Below, piece by piece: positions 9,365 to 16,663 of a stretch of DNA of 64,000 nt. The stretch comes from an uncultured Alphaproteobacteria bacterium. Its GTDB lineage: Bacteria; Pseudomonadota; Alphaproteobacteria; Sphingomonadales; SMXR01. The translations under genes and the position numbers were made by a program. Each line of letters opens with the position of its first letter. The stretch's first letter is position 1. The stretch lies in the NCBI GenBank assembly GCA_937126915.1, contig CAKZLM010000031.1:13825-77824 (forward strand). The letters are read 5' to 3'. The notes under the pieces were generated by a model. That model was not told the origin of the DNA, did no database searches, and saw only the letters and a list, made by a program, of their open reading frames with translations.

Positions 9365-10060
9365 TTATAACGAGTTCAACCCCACAGCATTACGGGCATA
9401 GCCGTCATATAAATCAAGCATGCGATCTACATAAGCTGCGATGGCACTATCGGCTTTATAAAGCTCAATATTGCTGGTTAGGCGCGCCCATTGGAAAAAG
9501 CCAAACACCGCATAATCAAGATAATTCGGCGCGTCACCGCCAAGAAAATTTTGCCCTGACAGGGTCATTTCAAGGGGAATAAGGTTGCCTTCAAGACGTT
9601 TTAAGTTTTCAGAGCGATGATCAACGGTTTCTTCCAGCGTCATGCCTAATCGTGGTTCGCGGGTGGAGCGAAAATAGGTTTGATCGTCTTCGTCCAAAAG
9701 ATCAAAAATATCTTTCACCAAAATTTTGAACATTGGCACCGCCAATGCCATGGTTGACCAATTATTGTAAAAGGCGGCTGCAGCCCGACCAGGCTTGCCC
9801 CCCATAAGCGTTGGTTTGTCACTGTATGTGTCATCAAGATATTTTGCAATGTCAAAGCTATCGGCCACCCATGTGCCATTGTCATTTATAACAGGGATGG
9901 TTTTAGAATTGGCAGGTGCGATGGTGTCTTTATCGCGGAAAAAGATGGTTTTGCGATCAAAATCTAGGCCTTTGTGCTTTAGGCACATTTTTGTGCGCCA
10001 TGCATATGGGCTAAAGGCCAAGCGTGGGTCTTTTGCTTGTAATTCATATAGTGTGATCAT
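9365..10060 (-). CDS. glutathione S-transferase family protein
   Basis: The N-terminal thioredoxin-like GST fold pattern is present (ITLYEL...SPYAWRTKMCLKHKGLDF...IPVI). GGGGGA lies 4 nt before the ATG at 10060. The track start at 10072 is a TTG. Confidence 0.8.
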   Translation of the reverse strand: MITLYELQAKDPRLAFSPYAWRTKMCLKHKGLDFDRKTIFFRDKDTIAPANSKTIPVINDNGTWVADSFDIAKYLDDTYSDKPTLMGGKPGRAAAAFYNNWSTMALAVPMFKILVKDIFDLLDEDDQTYFRSTREPRLGMTLEETVDHRSENLKRLEGNLIPLEMTLSGQNFLGGDAPNYLDYAVFGFFQWARLTSNIELYKADSAIAAYVDRMLDLYDGYARNAVGLNSL

Positions 10061-10142
10061 TTTATCCCCCAATTTTGTTTGCCATAATGTGCCTGAATAT
10101 CCCTGTTAGGGCAAGGGGGAAGCTTGGGATAAGAGAAAGAAA

Positions 10143-10229
10143 GGTTCAGTCTTCATTCGGGAGGTGAGGGGGGTAAGGTCAATGACCTATATAGGGGGGT
10201 AAGAATTCCCAATACGCGAAGACTGAACC
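10143..10229. other. structured intergenic element bounded by a 12-bp inverted repeat
   Basis: GGTTCAGTCTTC (10143-10154) pairs with GAAGACTGAACC (10218-10229). These arms enclose two GGGGGGTAAG direct repeats (10168-10177, 10194-10203) and the palindrome AGGTCA-A-TGACCT (10176-10188). Confidence 0.35.
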
Positions 10230-10328
10230 ATTTCGAGGCCAATATTTATTTTTATATTGCGTCAATGCGGCCTAAATGCGAATGAAATGTGGCAAACCAA
10301 TGGCGATGATAACAAAAAGGTGAGTGTT

Positions 10329-10991
10329 ATGGGCTTTGATATTAAAATGACGGATGCCTTATATGACTATGTGGCGGCCTCAAACCCTGAGGAAGAGGAG
10401 GTTTTAAAAGCATTGCGCGCAGAAACAGCAGCCCTAGGGTCAGTGGCGCAAATGCAAATTAGCCATAACCAAGCGCTTTTCATGCAAATGATGGCGAAAA
10501 TATCGGGAGCCCAATCTTATGTGGAAGTGGGGACCTTTACGGGCTACTCATCGCTGATTATGGCGTGCGCCATGGGGCCAGAAGGCCATGTAACGACCTT
10601 GGACAAAAGTGATGATTGGACCCAAATAGCGCAAAAATATTGGCAAAAAGCAGGCGTCGCAGACCAAATTACCCTCAAAATGGGTGATGGTTTAGCCAGC
10701 CTAACGACATTGTTGGAAGAGGGAGGTCCCGATCAATTTGATCTTGCTTTCATTGATGCCGATAAGGGCCGTATGCAGCACTATTTTGATACCGCCATTA
10801 AATTAGTGCGCCCTGGTGGCATGATTTGGGTGGATAATGTTTTGTGGTCTGGCCGTGTGGCTGACCCTGATGATCCTAAGCAGCGCACCATTCAAATTAG
10901 AGACTTCAACCACAGCCTTCAACATGATGACCGCGTTGAGCATGTCATGCTGGGTATAGGCGACGGCATCACCATCGCCAGGGTCTTATAA
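10329..10991 (+). CDS. class I SAM-dependent O-methyltransferase (caffeoyl-CoA O-methyltransferase-like)
   Basis: VEVGTFTGYSSL (SAM motif I), FDLAFIDADK and GGMIWVDNVLWSG are typical of the family-3 O-methyltransferases. ATG at 10329 follows AAAAAGGTGAG. Confidence 0.85.
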   Translation: MGFDIKMTDALYDYVAASNPEEEEVLKALRAETAALGSVAQMQISHNQALFMQMMAKISGAQSYVEVGTFTGYSSLIMACAMGPEGHVTTLDKSDDWTQIAQKYWQKAGVADQITLKMGDGLASLTTLLEEGGPDQFDLAFIDADKGRMQHYFDTAIKLVRPGGMIWVDNVLWSGRVADPDDPKQRTIQIRDFNHSLQHDDRVEHVMLGIGDGITIARVL

Positions 10992-11197
10992 AATTAGTAA
11001 CCGTCACTAATTATTGTTTGTTTTCCGATCGGGCTTTCGCCCTTCGATGAAACGCGCTCAAGGCTGATAAGGCGCTCGGCTATGTATCCAACATACTGGG
11101 GCGAATTGCGAGAGCAATTCCGAGCCGTCAGCGCGTCTCATAGAAAAGTGAAAACTTTTCTGGAGACAAGCAAATTTAGTAACGGTTACTAAATAAT
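10991..11197. repeat. complete copy of a MITE/REPIN-like palindromic repeat element
   Basis: Its ends carry the palindrome TAGTAAC-C-GTCACTA (10995-11009) and TAGTAAC-G-GTTACTA (11177-11191). The internal arms are mutually complementary: ATGAAACGCGCTCAAGGC versus GCCGTCAGCGCGTCTCAT. The left arm is homologous to 32898-32965, and the right arm is homologous, inverted, to 33251-33295. Confidence 0.75.
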
Positions 11198-11198
11198 T

Positions 11199-12026
11199 TT
11201 AGTGAACTTCAACGTCACCGCTGCCGGTGCTGCGTAGTTTTTCAATCTTGGCACCACCATACACATCAACATCACCGCTGCCGCGAATGCTGACAGAAAC
11301 AGATTTGGTTGCGTGAATGCGGCTGTCACCACTACCTGAGCTTTCTAGGTCAATGGTTTCGCAAATAAAATCGCGGGCCTTTAAGTCACCAGAATTTTGC
11401 TTGCTAACCACCATGGAACCACAGGTGCCGTCTAGATCAATATCGCTAGAACCGCGGGTTGTTAGTTCAAGGTCTTGAACCTCAAAGCCGCTTAATTCAA
11501 CGTCGCCACTGCCGCGCGTGCTAATTTCAACGTCGCTGCATTTAAAACTGCTTGAGAAAACACCGCCAGAGCCACGCATATCAAAATCGCCATCTTCACA
11601 GCTACCTGAGATTCTTAAATCACCAGAGCCACGTTGGTCATAGTCAAACTTTGACGCTGCTAAATCGGTAATGTCGGTATCCCCAGAACCAGAGGATGAA
11701 AAGGCCTCTAAGCTGGGCATAGTGATATAAATTGTGGCGCCTGAGCGATTGCAATTGCGGCGGCAGTCTTCTTCAGAAACCACCAAGGTATCACCGCGCA
11801 CTTCAGTCAAGATTTCATTAATATCGTCCTCGTCGGCCTTAACCTCAACCTTGAAGTTGCTGCCAAAGGTGACAATCACGTCAGAACTGCCGCGTTGTTC
11901 TACCTTGTCAAAACCGCTGACATCGCGTGTTTCGGTTACATCGCTGGCGGCCGCCATGGGTGCGATCATAAAGGCACCAGTTAATGCCACGGTAGAAACG
12001 CTTACTAGTTGTTTGATGAATTTCAT
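11199..12026 (-). CDS. secreted DUF2807 / 'head GIN domain' beta-helix protein, paralogue 1 (longest, GSGD rungs)
   Basis: Signal peptide MKFIKQLVSVSTVALTGAFMIAPMAAA, then TEVRGDTLVV and ITMPSL. At least 9 rungs end in (R/S/T)GSGD. GAGGGAGG lies before the ATG at 12026. Confidence 0.8.
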   Translation of the reverse strand: MKFIKQLVSVSTVALTGAFMIAPMAAASDVTETRDVSGFDKVEQRGSSDVIVTFGSNFKVEVKADEDDINEILTEVRGDTLVVSEEDCRRNCNRSGATIYITMPSLEAFSSSGSGDTDITDLAASKFDYDQRGSGDLRISGSCEDGDFDMRGSGGVFSSSFKCSDVEISTRGSGDVELSGFEVQDLELTTRGSSDIDLDGTCGSMVVSKQNSGDLKARDFICETIDLESSGSGDSRIHATKSVSVSIRGSGDVDVYGGAKIEKLRSTGSGDVEVH

Positions 12027-12125
12027 GGAATTCCTCCCTCTTGTGTCGTTGTCGTGAAATTGTATGATGAAGCCAAGCACGCATAGACGTCCTTGGCTCC
12101 ATGTTTTATTTAAAGTTTGAGATCA

Positions 12126-12785
12126 TTATTTACGAATTTTGACGCTGGCAAAGCCATCTTCGTCAATGTCGGTTTTTTCAGGGTTGCCATAAACGACAAT
12201 GTCACCCATGCCATCGGCTGAGGCGCGAACGCTTTTGCTAGCGTAAACATCAGCATCACCCATACCATCAAGGTCAATATCAACATTTTCGCACTTAAAT
12301 TCGCGGGCATCAACATCTGCCCAGCCATCAATTTCAATGTCAGCTGTTTCGCATTTGCCGCGCAATTCAACGTCTGCCTTGCCATCAATTTCTAGCTCAA
12401 AATCGCGGCTGTCGATGTTATTAATATAAGCATCAACCAAACCATCAATTTCTAAGCCCTCTAGAGAAGGCATGGTGATGGTGATTTTTACTTTTAGGTC
12501 AGAGAGGCTGAAAAAGCTGATGTTTTTTTCGCGATCATTATCATCAAAGTCAATGACCAGTGTTTTGCCACGCACGCGGGTACGCAAAAACTCAACCATG
12601 TCGTCATCACCTTCAACCCTAAAGGAATAATCGTCACCTACTTCGACCACCAAATTGGCCAAACCATCAACCTTAATCTTGCTATAGTCGCTTAGGTCAC
12701 GGGTTTCTTCCACGTCACGGGCTATAGCGGGTGAGAAAGTGGCGGCTGTTAGGCCCATTAAAGCTGCTGTCATGATTTTTTTCAT
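12126..12785 (-). CDS. secreted DUF2807 / 'head GIN domain' beta-helix protein, paralogue 2
   Basis: Signal peptide, then RVRGKTLVID and ITMPSL. Rungs are DG(K/W/M)(A/G)D. Cys pair GKC...FKC. GAGGA lies 7 nt before the ATG. Confidence 0.8.
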   Translation of the reverse strand: MKKIMTAALMGLTAATFSPAIARDVEETRDLSDYSKIKVDGLANLVVEVGDDYSFRVEGDDDMVEFLRTRVRGKTLVIDFDDNDREKNISFFSLSDLKVKITITMPSLEGLEIDGLVDAYINNIDSRDFELEIDGKADVELRGKCETADIEIDGWADVDAREFKCENVDIDLDGMGDADVYASKSVRASADGMGDIVVYGNPEKTDIDEDGFASVKIRK

Positions 12786-12829
12786 TATATTATCCTCTTC
12801 TTTTTTATGTTTTGTTATCGGCTAGGCGA

Positions 12830-13480
12830 TTAGTTGCGCACACGGAAATCGCCTAAACCAAAGATGCTACGGTTAATTTTTTGTGGGTTGCCATAAACTG
12901 TTACGTCACCAACACCCATCAATTTTGCGGTAATTTCTTTAGACGCAAACACATCGGCATCGCCCGCACCAAAGATGCTGACAGAGGCCACTTCACATTC
13001 CAACCCACGCGCCGAAATATCACCAGCACCGCGAATGTCTACCTCCAACTCACCGCATTTACCTTCAACGTTTACATCGCCTGCACCATTAATGGTTAGG
13101 TTCAATTCTGGGCTGTCAATGTCTTCCAAGTCGGCATCAACCGCACCTTCAACCACTAATTCTTCAAGAACAGCCATGGTGATATTAATCAAAATGCCGT
13201 CATTATCATCGTTCCAATCAATGTCATCCATATCAATGATTAAGGTGTCATTTCGCACTTCGGTGGTGATATTCTCAATCCAACGATCATCGGTGGTCAC
13301 CTGAACGGATTGATCTTTGCCTGCAACCAATTTTAATTCCACGGCACCATTCACTTGAATTTTGGTAAAGGTGGCAACGTCGCGGGTTTGGCTCACTTCA
13401 TCGGCCTGTAAAGAAGCCCCAGCACCCATTAATCCAAGTGCTAATACACTTGCTGTCGTAATTGCTTTTATCATTTTCAT
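12830..13480 (-). CDS. secreted DUF2807 / 'head GIN domain' beta-helix protein, paralogue 3
   Basis: Signal peptide, then EVRNDTLIID. Rungs are G(A/V/L)GD. Cys pair GKC...LEC. AGGAGA lies 7 nt before the ATG. Confidence 0.8.
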   Translation of the reverse strand: MKMIKAITTASVLALGLMGAGASLQADEVSQTRDVATFTKIQVNGAVELKLVAGKDQSVQVTTDDRWIENITTEVRNDTLIIDMDDIDWNDDNDGILINITMAVLEELVVEGAVDADLEDIDSPELNLTINGAGDVNVEGKCGELEVDIRGAGDISARGLECEVASVSIFGAGDADVFASKEITAKLMGVGDVTVYGNPQKINRSIFGLGDFRVRN

Positions 13481-13673
13481 ATCACTGTCTCCTATGGTGT
13501 AAGGTCGATTACGGTTTCTCTTATTGTTGTCCTAACGCATAATCATATAGTCAAGTCTCTATACGGGTCTGGCTTCAAATAACCTTCGCGGAGATGCAAA
13601 AATTTTTTATTTGCGCTTTTCAGGCTTTAGGCGCACACTGTTTAGCAACAATCATTCATCAAATGGGGGCTGA

Positions 13674-14027
13674 ATGAAAAACGATCAAAATGTCTTGTAT
13701 TTGCGTCATGGTAAGGCCCAAAAGCCTGCCCAAACCGCGTTTGATCGATATGAATTAATGGCTATTCTTAATGTTTATGGCCGCATGGTATCCGCAGGTT
13801 TGTGGAAAGATTATGCAATGGATTTTGAGGCTGATTTTGCCCAATTTTCGGTTTATCAACGTGCAAGTGAGCAACCCTTGTACCGCATTGTGAAAGAACC
13901 AGCACTGGCCCAAAAGCAGGGCGCATGGCGTGTTTTAGGCTCCGATGGTCAGGTTTTAAAGCGCGGGCAACAGTTGGACAATATTCTCAAACTTTTCAAC
14001 AAAAAGCTGATCAAAGCAGTAGAATAA
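13674..14027 (+). CDS. DUF2794 domain-containing protein
   Basis: 117 aa. FDRYELMAILNVYGRMVSAGLWKDYAMDF matches the conserved core of the small alphaproteobacterial DUF2794 family. Confidence 0.75.
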   Translation: MKNDQNVLYLRHGKAQKPAQTAFDRYELMAILNVYGRMVSAGLWKDYAMDFEADFAQFSVYQRASEQPLYRIVKEPALAQKQGAWRVLGSDGQVLKRGQQLDNILKLFNKKLIKAVE

Positions 14028-14151
14028 GCACCGACAAGTCTAACATTGGTATGAATGGCCTTAAAATTACTAGTCCTAATATTAACGGCGCTGTTATTGC
14101 GTGCTGAGTTTAAAGCGTGGTGAAGACCATGAGAGGGCGTATCCCACTCAC

Positions 14152-14184
14152 AAAAAAACACGATGGCGGGCACCATCGCGTTTT
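14152..14184. terminator. bidirectional intrinsic terminator (DUF2794 gene on +, paralogue 4 on -)
   Basis: The stem ACACGATGG/CCATCGCGT (14158-14180) is flanked by A7 on the left (14152-14158) and TTTT on the right (14181-14184). Confidence 0.6.
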
Positions 14185-14290
14185 CCATGTTTTTCTAGGG
14201 GCGTTTTGCATTTATGACTTTGTAGCGGTGATTTACCTTTAATCTATATTGTGTTGTATAAAATAGATCGCGGCTTAAATCTGTCGGTGG

Positions 14291-14941
14291 CTATTTAAGA
14301 ATTAAGCGGCCTTCGCCCGTTACCATGCGCTGGCCAATTTGGGCGCTGCCCATAATAGATACATCACCCTTACCAGATTGGGTGATATTGACCATTTCAC
14401 CGGCATATACCTCTAAATCGCCACGACCACTGTGCATGATGTTAACGGTGTTACAGGTTAGATTATCAGCATGAATATCAGTGCGGCCTGAAAGGGTATA
14501 GTTAGCTTCACCACAAGTGCCAGACAAATACACATTGCCGCGACCAGAGGTGGTCAGGGTCCATGTTTCAGCATTTATGCCAGAGATGTGGGCTTCAAGA
14601 CGGCTGCTGCTGGAAAGTGATGAAAGGCTTGGCGTAGTGATGCGCACACGCGGGCGATCACCGCGGCTGGAAACACGGTCAACTATAAGGGTGCCGTCGG
14701 TGATTAAGGTTTTGGTGTCATAAACACTGTGGCTGTCGCCCATCACTACAATTGAGGCTTCGGCCCCCACCTGTACGTCAACACGCACACTGCCATTAAC
14801 CACCAATTTGTCAAAGTCACCACCCACCTCGCGGGTTTGGGCTTGGCGGTCACGGTCTTCATCATGGGCGTTGATGGAAATAACACAGCCACTGGTCAAA
14901 AGGCCAAGGGAGAGTAAGCTTGCAATTTTTAATAATTTCAT
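14291..14941 (-). CDS. DUF2807 / 'head GIN domain' beta-helix lipoprotein, paralogue 4
   Basis: Lipobox LLTSGC, then TDGTLIVD. Rungs are SG(R/K)GD. Cys pair GTC...LTC. AGGA lies 7 nt before the ATG. Confidence 0.8.
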   Translation of the reverse strand: MKLLKIASLLSLGLLTSGCVISINAHDEDRDRQAQTREVGGDFDKLVVNGSVRVDVQVGAEASIVVMGDSHSVYDTKTLITDGTLIVDRVSSRGDRPRVRITTPSLSSLSSSSRLEAHISGINAETWTLTTSGRGNVYLSGTCGEANYTLSGRTDIHADNLTCNTVNIMHSGRGDLEVYAGEMVNITQSGKGDVSIMGSAQIGQRMVTGEGRLILK

Positions 14942-14979
14942 TGTTTCATCCTGTCGTTTCTTAACTTTTTTCGTAGTTT

Positions 14980-15633
14980 TTATTTATGAATATCAAAGCT
15001 GCCAATACCGCTGGCATCTTTGGTGATATAACGGGGGTTGCCGTAAACATCGACGCTGCCAATACCTGAGACGACGGCCTCAATTTTATGGCTGGCATAA
15101 ACTTCTGCTGAGCCAACGCCATCGAAACTCAAATCAACTTCTTGGCATTGAAATTTACGAGCATCTAGGTCACCAACACCATCAACACGCACTTTTAAAA
15201 GGTCACATGTACCTTCTAGGGTCATAGATCCCATGCCATTAACGGATAGCTCAAAAAAGGCGCTGTTGATGTCATAGGCGCTGATATCGCCTGCAGCATT
15301 ATATTCAATGCCGTGAAGTTCCGGCATGGTGATCATCACCAACACCTCTTCAGGGGATAGGTTCATGTCTTCTTGATCAATCACAAGGGTATCACCCAGA
15401 ACGCGGGTGTTAATGCGGTGTAAATAGCCCTCAGGGCCACGAACGCGAACGCTGAAATCGCGGCCTGCGGTTACTTCCACTTGGGCATTATCATCTATGA
15501 TCAAACGGTCAAAGCCTACCAATAGACGGTCTTCCTCAACCAATGGAAGGCCTGTTTCTTCATAGACGATACCGATGCATCCAGATAAAAAGACCGCACA
15601 AAATGCCAGCACGGCAAGGCGTAGCAGGGTCAT
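14980..15633 (-). CDS. DUF2807 / 'head GIN domain' beta-helix lipoprotein, paralogue 5
   Basis: Lipobox FLSGC, then RVLGDTLVID and ITMPEL. Rungs are G(V/I/M)G(D/S). Cys pair GTC...FQC. GGAGA lies before the ATG at 15633. The track start at 15651 is a GTG extension. Confidence 0.8.
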   Translation of the reverse strand: MTLLRLAVLAFCAVFLSGCIGIVYEETGLPLVEEDRLLVGFDRLIIDDNAQVEVTAGRDFSVRVRGPEGYLHRINTRVLGDTLVIDQEDMNLSPEEVLVMITMPELHGIEYNAAGDISAYDINSAFFELSVNGMGSMTLEGTCDLLKVRVDGVGDLDARKFQCQEVDLSFDGVGSAEVYASHKIEAVVSGIGSVDVYGNPRYITKDASGIGSFDIHK

Positions 15634-15758
15634 TTCTCTTCTCCAATTCACTGTCGCTTTAATGTTTTTAGAAACATTTTTATTTTTACTGTATTAGTCA
15701 CATAATACACTTAAATCTCGCTTTCAACAAGATTCTTTATAAAAAGCCTTAAATTCAC

Positions 15759-15796
15759 AAAAAAAGGGCCAAAAACCCGAAGGTTAATGGCCCTTT
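15759..15796 (-). terminator. intrinsic terminator of the BI-1/YccA gene
   Basis: On the minus strand the stem AGGGCC...GGCCCT (with an inner AACCTTCGGGTT hairpin) is followed by T7 (plus-strand A-run 15759-15765). Confidence 0.6.
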
Positions 15797-15820
15797 ATCA
15801 AAGGAATGGTTTGTTTATGT

Positions 15821-16546
15821 CTATTCGCGATTACCCATGAAACGCAACAGATACATGAACAAGTTAATGAAATCTAGATACAAGGCCAAGGCACCCATGG
15901 TGGCTTTCTTGGTCATGGTATCAGAGGCATCACCTTCAAAATACATATGCTTAATGCGTTGGGTGTCATAGGCGGTTAGGCCTGCGAAAATACCCACACC
16001 AGCCAATGAGATCATAAACTGCAAGGCGCTTGATTGCATAAACATGTTCACCAAGCTGGCAATGATCAAACCTATCAAACCCATCACCAAGAAGGTGCCA
16101 AAGGCTGACAAGTCTTTCTTGGTGGTATAGCCATAAAGGCTAAGACCAGCGAAGGCACCAGCGGTAACAAAGAATGTTTGAGCAATGCTAGCCCCTGTAT
16201 AAATCACAAAGATTGACGACAAGGACAAACCCATCACGCCAGCAAAAGCCCAGAAAATGCCCTGTGCAGCGGTGGCGCTTAATTTATTAATGCCAAAGTT
16301 CAACACCAAGACAAAGGCTAAAGGCGCCAACATCACCAACCAAGCGGTTCCACCTTGGAACAAGAAGGCAAAATCTTGGAAATTTGATCCAACATAATAA
16401 GCTACGATACCGGTTAAAAGAACCGCAGATGACATAAGGTTATAAACACGCAACATATATTTGCGCAAACCCTGATCAATCTCACGAGCCTGAGTACCAG
16501 CACCGGCATGACCCATTTGATAATCACTTTGATAACGATTAGACAT
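15821..16546 (-). CDS. Bax inhibitor-1/YccA family membrane protein
   Basis: Seven hydrophobic segments. The N-terminal FLRKVY-like motif (GLRKYMLRVYNLM) and the C-terminal DFINLFMYLLRF are typical of BI-1/YccA. GGGAGC lies before the ATG at 16546. Confidence 0.9.
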   Translation of the reverse strand: MSNRYQSDYQMGHAGAGTQAREIDQGLRKYMLRVYNLMSSAVLLTGIVAYYVGSNFQDFAFLFQGGTAWLVMLAPLAFVLVLNFGINKLSATAAQGIFWAFAGVMGLSLSSIFVIYTGASIAQTFFVTAGAFAGLSLYGYTTKKDLSAFGTFLVMGLIGLIIASLVNMFMQSSALQFMISLAGVGIFAGLTAYDTQRIKHMYFEGDASDTMTKKATMGALALYLDFINLFMYLLRFMGNRE

Positions 16547-16663
16547 GATAGCTCCCAATCTAATGTTTTTACCGCGCCTGAACCGTCAGGCCGCTAAACA
16601 AATTACTTTTTCTAAATATCGCGTGTCACCACGCACTTTTCAAGTGTTTTCGGAAAATATCGC

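Noticed and set aside
13925-14188. Two overlapping 60-79-aa ORFs in the gap between the DUF2794 gene and paralogue 4.
   Set aside because: One overlaps the 3' end of the DUF2794 gene and both run through the bidirectional terminator hairpin. They have no SD sequences or recognisable motifs.
15661-15678. AT-rich 7-4-7 palindrome AATGTTT-TTAG-AAACATT upstream of paralogue 5. It contains a TTTAGAA half of an Irr/ICE-like box.
   Set aside because: Short AT-rich inverted repeats are common by chance in AT-rich intergenic DNA. Only one ICE half-site is present, and no counterpart lies upstream of the other paralogues.
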